Shown piece after piece: positions 1 to 15,169 of a stretch of 64,000 nt of DNA (the first letter of the stretch is position 1; the number at the start of each line of letters is the position of its first letter). The notes beneath the pieces were generated by a model, which saw only the letters and a program-made list of their open reading frames with translations, was not told the DNA's origin and searched no databases. The stretch comes from Octopus vulgaris (Eukaryota). A program made the position numbers and the translations under genes. The stretch covers positions 48,794,001 through 48,858,000 of the forward strand of contig OX597819.1 in NCBI GenBank assembly GCA_951406725.2. The letters are read 5' to 3'.

Positions 1-307
1 TAACATGGACAATGGAGTTTAAATGATTATGATGATGATAATGTATATATGTGTGTGTGTCTTTTTGTATGACTGTTTGTAGGGTTGGTGTGAGAGGCCA
101 GATCTGGCCAGTTTGAACATAAAACATGTAGAATATTCTGGCAGGATATTCTTTTATTCTTTTACTTAGAAGGTTTTTTAGTCAAAGAACTCAACCCCAC
201 GACTTATTCTTTGTAAACCTAGCACTTATTCTGTTGGTCTCTTTTGCTGAACTGTTAAGTTATGGGGATGTAAACACACTAATATCAGTTGTCAAGTGAT
301 ATATATA

Positions 308-524
308 AAGGCAGTGAGCTGGCAGACACGTTAGCATGCTGGGCAAAATGCTTAGCGGTATTTTGCCTGACTTTATGTTCTGGATTCAAATTCTGCTGAG
401 GTCAACTTTTCCTTTCATCCTTTCAGGGTCGATAAATTAAGTACCAGTTGCATACTGGAGTTGATCTAATCAACTGGCCCCTCCCCAAAAACATTTCGGG
501 CTTTGTGCCTAGAGTAGAGAAGGA
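308..524 (+). mobile_element. tRNA-derived SINE, family B
   Basis: Head aaggcagtgagctggcaga with B-box-like gattcaaattc, central cctttcatcctttcagggtcgataaattaagtaccag, tail gtgcctagagtaga. More than 10 related copies occur in the window. Confidence 0.8.
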
Positions 525-2973
525 TATATCCAATCTACTCATAAGGGTTTGGTTGACCTGAGGCTATAATAGAAGACATTTGCCCAAGGTGCCATGCAGT
601 GGATTGAACCTAGAACCATGTGGTTGGGAAGTAAACTTCTTACCGCACAGCCAGGCCTGTTTAAATGCCAAAGGGTTAAATCAACTTCACTTTTCTCATT
701 TTGAGAATGATGACAAAATAAATAAATAAAACAAAATAAAATTGTATAATGGCAACATAAATCTTAGACGTGAGATAACAAACTCAGTAGATGTTTCAAA
801 CAGCAATTTTGTGGCTCATGACCTTGAGATGAATCACCAGAACAAATCCTGAGTAATAGACATGTGATAGATCGAGGAGGTTTATTCTGCAGTAACACAC
901 TATAGTCCCTTTCTTTCTTTCTTTTAGATGTTTGGTGACTGGAAGAGAATCTGGCCATAAAAGTAAAAACAGAAATCAATAAAAAAAAAAAGCGACTGAT
1001 AGTCTGGAAAAACAATGAAAAATGATTCAATGACTTAGTCTTATGAATTGTAATCCTATCAAGTTCACTTGCCTTTTCACCTCTCAAAGGTTTGATGAAG
1101 TGTCCCTGCCAGAGATTGTACTTGTACTATAAGTTTCCCACAGCTGTTCAACAATAAGTTGGTTCAGGTTATTGAACAACAACATTAATAATTCCTCTGA
1201 CTTAGACAGATGTTCTGAATCACAGTTTAAATGTCTCCAGGTTTGAACAGAGCAAATTTGGAGCTGTAGCTATGGACTAGTAAAAACTTGGGAAATTAAT
1301 GTCTATCATGGGAGGGGAAGAACCACCAGATGCTACATCCTATTATGTATGGCCGCACAACTGTAGGTCTCTAGTTAGACACAGTGCAAGAAATTATAAA
1401 TATAACACCAGCTCTTTTTTGACATTTTGTGTATGAGCCAAAGAAGAGGCCTTTACATGGTCATTCGATCTGCTAGAAATAACAGTCAAATCTCCCAAAC
1501 ATAACAACTTACCATCGTAAAAAAGGAAGGAGACATGTGTATCCAAATCTAGGGTTAAGTATTCCAAAATACATTGTACTTTAAACACAGACAAGATGAT
1601 TATAAGCTATAATTATAGCTTAAACACTATTGATCATGTCTGGTTAATCATTGCTGGCCTGGTGCTAATCTGGGGCTAAAGAATAACGACTTTTTGTATA
1701 AGTCTATATCTGGTATCTATTTTAATCAAACTAAGAGAATGAGAGCTCTAATCTTCACAGAATTGACAGCAATACCGTTTGGTACTAAAAGAGGAAATAT
1801 AAGTGATCCAAACTGGTTTTCTATTTCTATAACAATACAGCATTAAGAACAATAGCTTTTTTGAATTCAAGAACAGCATCTATTGACAATATATTGTTTC
1901 TATAAAAGAGAGGTTGTATGAAAGTGTCTTTCTTAAATAAGATGGAGCATGGCAGGGAAACATTCAGTTTTAAATCAAAGAAAAGATGGATTTAATGTTA
2001 TATGAATTTAAAGAGGTGTGGCTTTGTGATTCAGAAATGTCCTTTGCAACTCAGGTTCAGTCCCACTGTGGGACACTTTAGGCAAGTGTCTTGTACTATA
2101 GCCTTGGACTACCCAATATATGTGTGTGCAATTGTATTTGTGTGTGTGTGTGTATGTGTATGTGTGTGTGTGTGCATGTGTGTATGTGTGTGCTTTCTCC
2201 CCATGTCTTCCCATGCACACAACTTGGACAATGTTTGTTTATGACACTAATAAACAATGTCTGGGAAGCTAGCAATTTGGTATATGAAAAGTAGTAGAAT
2301 AAAGTACCTTATTTGAAAATAAGTATGGGTTGGCAACAGGAAGGCTATCAGGATATAGACTAGCACCTCAAAAAATTTCATTCAACTCATGCCAACATGG
2401 GAAGAGTAAAAATGAGCTACGAACTAGTGAAATAGTGTCAGTTACTGCAGTGGTTCACCATTATAAAGATTGCACGACTCTATATAGCTTACAAAATTGT
2501 GTTGTGAATATGTAAATTATATTTGATACTTTAAATTACCCTCTCTTTGTCAATAAGAATGTCATAGCACAATCATTGTTCTTTATATAATGTGTGTGTG
2601 AGTGAGTTCATATTACTCCCGGTTTCACTTGTAGACTACTGCTGATGTTATTTGTTTGCTGTCTACTATGAAAGCATGTCTGGGCTTCAAGACATGTCTT
2701 GGCATGATATGCGATCTTTGTAAATAAATGACTTATTCAACTGGTGTTGTTTGTTTCCAGTTATCTGCATAAAACATGTCTGGGTTGTTTATTGTCTGAA
2801 ACACTGAGAGATTATTATCCTATTTGGGAATGAGTACAAGTTGGTGAGAAGAACAGCATCTGACCATGAAGATTTCTGCTCCAAAGTAATTTCATTTGAC
2901 CTAATCCTAGCATGGAACAATAGATGCTAAAATGATGATGATGTTCATGATGTTCATAGTACTTATATGTATG

Positions 2974-3994
<1,021 letters not shown>

Positions 3995-4966
3995 CATATT
4001 GATAGATAGATTGGCATTAGGAAGGGCATCAAGCTGTAGAAATTTTGCCAAATTAGATTGGAGCCTAGTGCAGCCTTCTGCCTTGCCAGCCCTCAGTCAA
4101 ATCGTCCAACCCATGCCAGCATGGAAAGCAGACGTTAAATGACAATGATAATGATATGTATATATATATATGTCATCCTCATCATTTTAAGTCTGTTTTC
4201 CATGCTGGTATAGTTTGGATGGTTTAACAGGAGCTGACCAGCTGGGAAGCTGCACTAGGCTCCATCTGTTTTGGCATGGGTTCTATGGCTGGATGCCCTT
4301 CCTAATGCCAACCACTTTACAGAGTGTATTGGATGCTTTTTACGTGTGACCAGCACCAATGCTCTACCCATGGCACCTGCACAGGTGCTTTACATGTGGC
4401 ACCAGCACAAGTGCTCTTGACGTGGAACTGGCATGGGTGCTTTTTATGTGGACCTACATATGTATGTATGTTTTAATTTTTCATGTATTTATTTATGTGT
4501 ATGTATCTATCTACCTATCTGCCACAGATGACTGAGTATGTCTCTTTTTCTTTAACTTAATTATTTAATCAGCGGGTTAAGGGCAGTGCCCATGACCTTT
4601 TCTAAGGCCCCTATGACTTGTAGGAGGAAGGGATTTAACTTCAGGCCAGAGACCTTATTGAATACTTGTAACAGAGTAGACTCTACTAAAACCACCCAAA
4701 AGGTAACAGACTGAGTGGTGGTTTTAAACTATATGTTGTTTGTTCCTTCTCAAGCCATGCCTGGCTCATAAGGGGTGGCTTTCCGGTTTCTTTAGCGTAT
4801 AGGTTCCCCACTTGGGTGGGATGCTGGTCTGTCACAAGTGAGCTGCTAGATGCAGGAGGAAAGAGTGAGAGAAAGTTGTGGTGAAGGAGTCAGCAGAGGT
4901 TTGCCATTACCTTCTTCCAAAACCATGTGGAGCTTAGGTCTTTTGCTCATAAGCACACACATCACC

Positions 4967-5949
4967 CAGCAGCATCTCTTGTAAGTCAATCTGCACGTTG
5001 TTCTGCAGTCTCTGCAGCTCGTGCAACAGCAGTTGAGGAAGCATCTCTTGTAAGCTGATCTGCATGTTGTGCTGCAGTCTCTGAAGCTCGTGCAACAGCA
5101 GTAGAAGAAGCATTTCTTGTTCGGTATGCTGAACGTTGCTCATTGCTCTGGGATGCTCGTTGTGCAGCAATATGTGCTAACTGATCACAACATTGCTCTT
5201 CACTTTCCCTTCTTTGCGCTGAAGTTATCCTAAGTGCATTGAGAGAGTTCCTCCTGGTGGCGTCCTTGGCAGATTCATTTGCATGCATATGCTTACTTTT
5301 CTTTGCAGCATTTGTTTGCCGACCTATATTGGATCTTTTGCATTGAGGCATGGTAGAAAATTATCAGTTTACACAATAGAAAAAGTCCTAAGGAAAAAGT
5401 GGTGAATGTGTCGCACCCAAAAAATAGTAAAATGTAGTTGGCAAAAATTAAGGATTTTCAATTTTGGGCAAGAGTTTTGAAGTGGCTAGTTTAAGTTGGA
5501 ATATTTATATGTAAGAGAGTGCTCATGTGAAAACAGAGGCAAATTGTAACACACAAATGAATACTGCTGGCATTACTGTGCAAGTAGTTGATAAGAGCTC
5601 GCCACAGCTGACAAAGTAAAGTATTGATTTTTTTCCAGCTGGGTGTGTGTCACGTTTTTTTGGTGGCTCAAGCCAAATCCTAGGCAAATTGAGACAGTTA
5701 ACTTGCCTTTTAATAGATAAGATCAAATGCGTACCGTTGCATAGACATGATGGGTTCAAATCCTAGGCAAATTGAGAGTAGTCTATTTATGTTGGGGGCA
5801 CAGAATTTTGAGGAAAAAATTATAAGAAAAAGTGTCCTAAGTCAAAGAGAGCACACATGTCAAATTTGGTGAAATTCAGTTGGAAATTGTAGGAGTAGAA
5901 GTGGTTCACACAACACACAGACAGACAACTTGCCTTTTAAAATATAAGA
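4967..5949 (-). mobile_element. 5' portion of an autonomous-type Helitron (truncated)
   Basis: Minus strand begins A|TCTTATATTTTAAAAGGCAAGTTGTCTGTCTG (Helitron 5' TC end), followed ~600 bp later by ORF MPQCKRSNIGRQ with 23-aa repeats. A PIF1-like LNPSCLCNGTHL fragment lies at 5721-5759. Confidence 0.7.
4986..5351 (-). pseudogene. N-terminus of Helitron Rep/helicase with STPR-like 23-aa repeats
   Basis: RASQSNEQRSAYRTRNASSTAVA / RASETAAQHADQLTRDASSTAVA / RAAETAEQRAD, 69-bp period; ends at a premature stop. Confidence 0.65.
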
Positions 5950-6911
5950 TACAACAGGCTTCTTTTAGTTTCTGTCTACCAAATTCACCCTCAAGGTTTT
6001 TGTCGGCTTAAGGATATAGTAGAAGATACTTGCCCAAGGTACCACGCAATGGGACTGAACCTGGAACTATGTGGTTGGGAAGCAAGCTTTTTACCACACA
6101 ACCATGCCTATATATATATTTGTGTGTTTGTATATCACTATGTATGTATTTGTCTGTGTGCGTGTCTTTGTTTTAATATTATGTTTGTCCCACACCACTG
6201 CTTGACAGCTGGTATTGGTTTGTTTACATCCCTATAACTTAGCAGCTCATCAAAAGAGCCTGAATAAATATATCAGAATTTAAAAAACAACCCAGAAATA
6301 AATAGTGGGGTCAATTTATTTGACTAAACCTGTGAAGGGGGTGCCCCAGCATGGCCACAGTCCTATGACTGAAGCAAGTAAAAGATAAAAGAAAATTTCT
6401 TCCCCCAAAATAGTGATGGCCACCTCTATTGATTAAAATGTAACCTTCAGTGTTATATAAGCAACTAGTGATTATCTTTGATGGAAAACCCTTCAGAGTA
6501 ATTTGGATTGGTTTAGGTGTAAAAGGCATCTAAAGTGAAGCAGTTGAAACTTGAAGCATTCCTTGAGAGTCAGGGAGTTTTACATGCATTAACTATATTC
6601 AATAATGTTGGGGTTGGTCAAATAACTTCAGAGATTATATAAATAAGTTTGTGACAAAGAGATTTTTAGTACAGGTAAGTATACGGAAAATATTATATCA
6701 AAAGTGGCTGTCTATTAGATTGTTTGACAGGTGTGTACACATGCACATACATTTATTAGCATAGCTGTAAAATTGTAATATGTTTTATGTATGTATGTAT
6801 GTCAACAACATGGCTGAGGAAAAACAGCTCAAAGATGATAGAAAATTCGGCATGAGAATAACTAAATCAGTATGTGAGCGGATTTGGCAGATGGAAACTG
6901 AAAGAAATTGA

Positions 6912-6965
<54 letters not shown>

Positions 6966-7174
6966 TTGTGTCTGCATTTGTCTCCCCCACACCACTGCTT
7001 GACAACCAGTGTTGATTTGTTTATGTCTCTGTAACTTAGCAGTTCAACAACAGAGACAGATTAAATACCAGGCATAAAAAAAAAATAATAAATACTGGGG
7101 TTGACTCATTTGACTACAAGTTCTTCAAAGTGGTATCCCAGCATGGCCACAGTCTAATGACTGAAACAGATAAA

Positions 7175-7331
7175 AGGAGTGGCTGTGTGGTAAGTAGCTT
7201 GTTTACCAACCACATGGTTCTGGGTTCAGTCCCACTGCGTGGCACCTTGGGCGAGTGTCTTCTACTATAGCCTCGGGCCGACCAAAGCCTTGTGAGTGGA
7301 TTTGGTAGACGGAAACTGAAAGAAGCCCATC

Positions 7332-7372
<41 letters not shown>

Positions 7373-7590
7373 CGTGTGTGTGTTTGTGTGTCTGTGTTTG
7401 TCCCTCTAGCATTGCTTGACAACCGATGCTGGTGTGTTTACGTCCCCGTTACTTAGCGGTTCGGTAAAAGAGACCGATAGAATAAGTACTGGGCTTACAA
7501 AAGAATAAGTCCCGGGGTCGAGTTGCTCGATTAAAGGCGGTGCTCCAGCATGGCCACAGTCAAATGACTGAAACAAGTAAAAGAGTAAAA
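7175..7590 (+). mobile_element. tRNA-derived SINE, family A, near full length
   Basis: Pol III A-box tggctgtgtgg, B-box ggttcagtccc, CORE-like caccttgggcgagtgtctt, internal (TA)n/(TG)n tract, tail gactgaaacaagtaaaagag. Confidence 0.88.
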
Positions 7591-7633
7591 GAATATATAT
7601 ATATATATATATAGTGAGAGAGAGAGAGTGTGT

Positions 7634-7808
7634 GTAGTTGTATACTGTCAATTTAATGTGACAGTCCCAAGAGGGGAATCACACCACTGCTATTTAGCCC
7701 TAGGAAGCATCAATGCTTCCTGTCGGTCTTGACACATTTCAAGGCTAAATAGCAATGGTGTGATTCTCTTCATGGGATTGTTACATTAAGTTGACAGTAT
7801 ACAACTAC
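7634..7808. repeat. 66-bp-arm inverted repeat with nested hairpin
   Basis: 7634-7699 matches the reverse complement of 7743-7808 at 59/66 positions. The spacer contains aggaagca-tcaa-tgcttcct. Confidence 0.9.
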
Positions 7809-9993
7809 TCTATCATACCACTACTGCTTATATCTCTCTGAGATATTTAGAAATGTAATATTTATATATATATAAAAATATATATATATATGTATACACA
7901 CACACACACACATGATGGCTTCTTTCGGTTTCCCTCTATCAAATCCACTCACAAGGCTTTTGGCCAGTATGGAGAAGAAAGTTGACTTGCCTAGGATGCC
8001 ACGCAGTGGGACTGAACCAGAAGACATGTGGTTTGAAAGTGAAAAGTGAACTTCTTAGCCACATAGCCATACCTGTTTATATAGAATCATATATGAAACA
8101 GATGATTATGTGCATCACTGCAAATATTCTATAGAGGTTTCCAGTGACAGGACCAAGGTAAACTTTTTTTGCAGGAAGGATGTAGTTGATTGAGCTGAGA
8201 TTGAACAGCAAAGCTAGTGACAAAGTGTTTTGAACATCAAAGTAAATAAATATTAAAATAAGTATAATAAAGCATTCAGGGTGTTTTACCTTTAGTTGTA
8301 CAAAATTCAACAGCCTTTGTGTTCAGAATAATGTTAACTCATTGTTATTCAGTGCATGTCTTATCTATTATGATCGTTCACCATAACAAGTAATATAACT
8401 CACATTGCTACATTACATAAAAATTATTCATAAAAGCATGATCTCACACACACACACACACACATCTATTGAGATGCACACATGTGCATATATTGTTACA
8501 GATATTATATCAAATGTACACACAAAGATACATATTGTGTGCATGTTTTTTATTGAATTTTGTAAAGACTTTTTATTTATTTATGTTTGTTCTTCTAAGT
8601 ATATATAAAGCTACAGTTATATTCTGTTTTGCTTCTTGTTTAATTTCTAAAAAAAAATTTTTTTTAAAAACCCATCAAATGATGATTTATTAATAACTGA
8701 TAAATGCAGGCAGCAATTTGACAGTTATCATTGTGTCAGATAAAATGCCTTGTGGTATTTGATTTGACTCTTTGTACCTTGGGTTTGAATCTGTCAAAAT
8801 CAACTTTGTCATTTACCTTTTTCGGGAGGGGCTTGATAAAAAAATATAAATCTAGGGTAATGGAGTGACAGAACTGTAAGAATATTGAGCAGGACACCTA
8901 ACATCCTGTATTTGTTCTGGCCCTTTGCATTCTGAGTTCAAATCCTGCCATAGCCTAATTGGTTGGTTGACTCTCACTTGGCTAACGCCATCACGTGGAT
9001 CTTGGGTACCTTTAGCTGCGTTCATTCTGTTGCAAGAGGTGAAGCCAAATTTCCAATTTGAAGATCCAGTCCTCCTTCCCACTGACCAGTCTCAGAGAGT
9101 CTTTAAAGCGCCATGGGTATAGCTTTCCTTCCTGACTTACAGATAAAAAAAATAATTAACTTTTTAGTGTATATAAATTCAAGCTTAAGTGAGACCCACC
9201 ATGGAATCCTACTCCCACAATGGAAATGATACTATTGCTACAAATAAAAATCTCAGACTGAATCCACACTCACCAAAAGGAAAAATGCCACTCAACTGAT
9301 TAGCATGGAGTTGCTCACAAATACATTCTCATCTCTGACGCACTCCTTCCTCTGCTGTTTTTTATTGACTAACTAGTTTTATACCAACTCCATATAGGCA
9401 TACCTCACTCATTATGACTCATCTCTTTTCCTCTTGTTACTCAGTGTCCCCTACTTAGGCCTTACTAATCACCATGCCTAATCCCTAATTTTCACCCTGC
9501 CCATACTTTTCAGCAGCTGTTATCTTACAGCTGTTCAATGCTAACATTAATCTCATTGACCCAATCTATATCTTGATTTTTGAGATTACCTACCCTTCAC
9601 ATTTGGAGTCATTCCCAACTGTCTTCAACTGAATGTTCCACTATCCTTAAAAGTGGGATAACTTCAATAAATGAATCTTGTATGGTATATAATATACCCC
9701 TACTTGTATTGTGTATATATGTATATCTACATCTATATGTTACGTTTCTCCATCAGAATAATAAGAATCATCTAGTCATCATTTCAGATAGTTGATGACT
9801 TGTTTGGTGTTTAAAATGAAGATGAGTTGCACACTATATATATATATATATGCTATTTGGAAGGGCCATAGAAACCATGCCAAATCAGACTGGAACTTAG
9901 TGCAGCTCTTCAGCTTTTCCAGTCAAACCAACTAATCCATGCTAGCATGGAAAACAGATCTTAAATGATAATGATGGTGATGATGTATATGTG

Positions 9994-10050
<57 letters not shown>

Positions 10051-10580
10051 TATCACCTTGTATCTATCTGTTTATCTATCTAGCTACCCTCACCTCACTG
10101 TGAACCTGTTTTTATTGTTTAAATGGTCTGGCCTTTACAGTTCATTGGTACAATGTCTTCCTCCAGGCCACCGAAAATAAAATGGGTGTAACTATGACTT
10201 AGCACTTGGCAACTTTGTTTCCTTATAACTTTCTTAATAATACCTACTTGTTAGTGAAATTTTGCAGAAACACATTTTCAAAATGGTAGATAACAATTAT
10301 GTTGACAAAATAAATTTTTAAGTAAGAAAAAAAATTCTCATTTTATTCATAAACTAGAGCAATCTATATCTTTTTTAATCATTCAATAACTTGCTCACTC
10401 TCTTTACACAAAATAATGATGTTGCAGGTGTGGCTGTGTGGTAAGAAGCTTGCTTCCCAACCACATGGTTCATGGTTCAGTCTCACTGTGTGGAAGTTTG
10501 GGCAAGTGTCTTCTTCTGTAGCCTCAGGTTGACCAGAGCTTTGTGAGTAGATTTGGTAGACAGAAGCTGAAAGAAGCCTG

Positions 10581-10639
<59 letters not shown>

Positions 10640-11737
10640 TATGTTTAAGAGACAGGATCACCCTCAAGCAACTCAGGCATCAATGAACAACATTATCCAC
10701 GATAGGTACATATAGGACTAAATATTAAAATTATCGAAATAACTACCTTCAATTCTTATTCTAAATCATATACTTTACATTATATAGACTGTCTCTTAAA
10801 CCTATCTATATATATTTGGATATAATACAGTGAGGAATTCATTTTAGTACCACTAAATTGAACTTCTCTCCCCTGTGGACTCGGAAATAACTTACCTAAT
10901 ATTAATATTAGATACCTTTGAGTAACCACCTAGCAACATGTGGCTGGAAAATGTATATAATATTTCCGTTCTACAAATTACACAGCCCAAGTGAAATCGA
11001 GAGGAGAATCAGAGAAAATAATTTTATTGATAAATTCGAACCCAAGCTAAATAAGCAATAATAATAATACTTAGAGGTATTACTTCCACTGCTACGACCA
11101 TGACCACTAACAACAACAACAATACTAATGGTGATCAAGATGAAGATAGCAGGAAAATTATCTTATTTAGGGTTAAAAGTTCTATTGCCACCACCATCAC
11201 CACTAGCAACAATAATTAAGGTGCTGACAATGATGATGATGACAATTGAAATATAAAAATATAAAAATCTCTGACAAAGGATATTTACAACATTTCTAAA
11301 AATAACCCAACAATTGCTGCTTTGGCCAGGGTCAAGATACAGGACTCTTGACATGTCCAACAAAGCGTGATGCCTAAACCAATCAGCTCAACCAACCAAT
11401 CAGCTTAAGTAATTGAGTGATACTACACACTGATTGGTCAGAATACAGTTTGCAACACCTAGCACTCTGGAGCCTACCCAGCTGTATTTATAGCACAGAA
11501 TCAATCATCTTGCTACAGTCAAAAATTGTGAAGCATGACTGTCAACACTACTACATGAACCCGAAAATTGCAGAATTCAATGCATGAAAGTACTAGTTCA
11601 ATCAGAATGAACATTTAACATTCTACTATTTCATTTTATTTTATTTTATTCAATTATAATATATTATCTTATAATATATCATTATAAGATTGTAAATAAA
11701 ACGTGAAAATCAGACAAGGCTGGAATTCTTTTTATTA

Positions 11738-11780
<43 letters not shown>

Positions 11781-12749
11781 TATATATATATATAAATATA
11801 TATATATGGGTGCATGTCAATCACTACTTGACAACTGGTGCTGGTGTGTTTATGCCCCTGTAACTTAGTGGTTCAGCAAAAAAAAAACCAATAGAATAAG
11901 TATCAGGTTCTAAAAAAAAAATAAGTACTGGGGTTGATACATTCAAATAAAAATTCTTCAAGGTGGTGCCCCAGCGTGGTCGCAGTCTAATGACTGAAAC
12001 AAGTAACAAATAAAAGATGTCAGATAAGAAGACTGTAGCACATAACAGAATATCGTCTAGAATAATTTTGGTAAGTATAGAAGCAGGCTAGTTCATTAGT
12101 GCTTTAATTAGTGAACAATATCAGTCTCTATTGTGGTAGGCTAAATATAAACTTGGAAACTATTTTTCATCATGCTTCCTAATTTTATGTTGATAATGAA
12201 TAATATCAATCAAGATAATATCAGAGATTTCCTTTTTTTTTATGTTTTGTAACAGTCACAAGCAGCATTTTGAATGGTAAGAAAGAAGAAAGGTATGGAT
12301 TGCTTTTATTCTTCCTGATTTAGAAAAAGGAAAGGTAAAGGAAAAATTCATATTTTTTTTTTTTCCAGTTTCATCACCATAATTGTGATCTGCACCATTG
12401 AGATGTATCAATATATCTCTGCAAAGTTTCAAAACAAGAATAATTATATACGACATTATTAAGAAAGTTATAAAGAAACAAAGTTGTTGAGAGTGGTAGG
12501 ATAGTATATATATAAATATATATATATAAATATATAAAAGCATACTGGGAGAAAGGAAAGAAACGAAACAAAACGAAACAACGCGAGGGTGCTCAGTCAT
12601 ACAATAATGTAATAAATAAAATATATGCATACATACATACATATATGTACGTACCTACATCAACATGTATATATACATGCATATATAAATATATATATAT
12701 GTGAGTACAGGACACCAGAAATAGACGTATAACTCAACGAGAAACAAAA

Positions 12750-12839
<90 letters not shown>

Positions 12840-13439
12840 GAGTGCGTATATATATATGCACTCAAATACATATATATATATACATACATACTTATATATA
12901 TATATATATATTATATATATGTATATATATATGTGTGTGTATGTGTATATATATATATATATATACACATACACACACATATATATATGCACATACACAC
13001 ATACATATTGTTGTGTCTTGGGAGAGTCATCACACCAATAATATTTGTTTCACCACATGAATTCACAAGAATCTTGCAAACCAAATTACAAAAGCGAAGT
13101 ATTGTGCATGTGTGTGTGTGTGTGTATATATATTATATATATATATATATATATGTCAGTATTTATACATACATACATATGTATAAGACAAATAAAAAAT
13201 ATTACATAACTTGGAAAGATGAGATAATGGTGACAGACATAGAAAATTCTTCCTAAACAAGTTTTGTCTGTGTACCCTAAATATTAAGGGAAATTCTTGC
13301 AAATAAATATGCTGGACAAGTTCGTTGATGCTGCAGCTCTACTGAAGGGACAGTAACTGTCTATGACAGTGAGACTGAGGAAATTGATGTATTAGCCATT
13401 GATGAAATGAACTTAAACTCAGTCACTAGCTCTAATGAA

Positions 13440-14810
13440 TTTCCAGCATCCTCCTAAAAAATGCAATGGAGACTTAACAAGATCACTGCAGATCCTCTTC
13501 CAAAACTACCTTGTAGGTGGTAGACTTAACAGAAAGTTAAAGGAGGGTGTAATATGTCCTATCCATAAAGGCAGAAGCTGATCACATTCCTTGAAGATAA
13601 TGACATGTTTCCTGACACCCAGCATGGTTTCTGCTCAAGAAGATGCTGCCTTATACATTTTCTGCAGCATTATGAGTGGGTGTTGAAACAACTTACGAAT
13701 CACTCAAATGTGAATGGAATATATTTTGACCTTGGAAAGGCCTTTGATAAAGTTGATTGTGGAATGATATGTCACTAGCTACAAAGACATGGTATAGTTT
13801 GAAAACACTGGGAGAATGATTACATGACATTTTAAAAGACAAAAATCAGGCTGTAACAACCAGTGAAGCTCTCTCCAAGGAGACATTAATAGTGAATGGA
13901 GTGCCTCAGGGAACTGTCTTGGGGCTGCTGTTGTATGTAGTGGCTGAGTTACTTTTGCAAGAAGTCAAGAATGTTCTCAATGCTAATCTACAGAAAGATC
14001 TAGATGCCATACACAAATAGGTTGGAAAAAAAAAACAAAATGCAATTTCATGCTGGAAATTCCAACCCTTCTGTTATAACAAGCTTGTATTAACTCATTG
14101 CAACAAGAAATAGTTTGAACCAAAAGAGTGGCGATTCCAGAGTCAAATACAGAGCATGACCTGGAGATTGATAAAAGCAACAATGCTTCATTTCATATAC
14201 ATATCACCAAGATAGTGGCAATGGGCAGTTAAATGGCTGGCTGGATTCTGAGAACTTTCTGAACAAGGGACCAGGAAACTATGTTGGTGATTTGGAGGAC
14301 ATTTGTCCTCAGCCACCTAGACTGCTGCTCTCAGCTATGGTCACTCCACAGTGTCAATTTAGTAGTGGAACTTGAGGCAGTTCAGTAGCGCTACATCAAG
14401 AAGATTGCATTAGTGAAACACTCGAGCTGCAGGGAAAGAGTGAAAGAATTGCAACTCTATTCCCTGGAGCAAAGATGGGAGAGATATGTGGTGACATACA
14501 TATCCTAGAGAGGCTGATACCAAACTTTTGTGTCAAGAGTTTATACCAGCTCCAGAACATGATGCCACTGCACTATTCCAAAGCTCCCACCGATCCCATC
14601 TAGAGTAAGGAACAGTTACTATGGAAGCTTGGGATTCAAAGGCCTATAGCTTTCTTGCATAAAATCCTGAGAGATCTACGTGGCATGGGGGTAGATGTTT
14701 TCAAGAAGCACCTTGACTTTCTCCAGTCCAAGAGCCCAGATGAACCTACATCATAGCAAGAAACTCAAATTAGGACAGCAAAATCAAACTCCTTCATTCA
14801 CCTAAAGTCA
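13440..14810 (+). mobile_element. Degenerate CR1-group LINE ORF2 (RT and C-terminus)
   Basis: Readable motifs QHGF (~13620), YFDLGKAFDKVD (~13722), GVPQGTVLG (~13898), LQKDLDA (~13988), YSLEQRWERY (~14458) and PDEPT (~14736); many stops and frameshifts. Confidence 0.8.
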
Positions 14811-15099
14811 AGTACAGTAGAATGGTCATTGAAAAGGTGATGAAACTGGTGGTGCTCCAGCAAAGCCACAGCTTTTAGGCTAAAGCACATAAAAGAATAA
14901 GCTTATGTATAGATGTACGAATGTATGTATGTTTTTATGTATGTATGTATGCATGTGTGTGTGTGTGTATATATACATATGTATGTATGTATGTATGTAT
15001 GTATACATGTGGTCTTCCTCGGTCACGAGTGGACGGCCATCATCATGTATGTATGTATATATATATAGATAGATAGATTAAAGATAGATATGGCCAGTC

Positions 15100-15169
15100 T
15101 ATGGGGTTACCTGCGGTTTCATGTCCATAAAGCATTTAGCTTTACATTTCTTCAGACCCTAAACCCATA
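15100..15169 (-). ncRNA. Type I hammerhead ribozyme (canonical core)
   Basis: Minus strand reads gggt-CUGAAGA-a-augu[aaagc uaaau gcuuu augg]acau-GAAA-cc gca gg-UA^accc. Stems I, II and III all pair; GUA cleavage predicted between 15108 and 15107. Confidence 0.75.

Noticed and set aside
2640-2785. ctgatg...gaaagcatgtc resembling a hammerhead, and repeated CATGTCT p53-like half sites
   Set aside because: The core reads CUGAUGU, stems I and II do not pair, and the half sites are not adjacent.
7175-7250. tRNA-like A/B boxes
   Set aside because: These are SINE heads continuing into SINE bodies, with no complete cloverleaf.
11378-11440. Three CCAATCAG boxes
   Set aside because: No associated TATA, CpG island or downstream gene could be supported.
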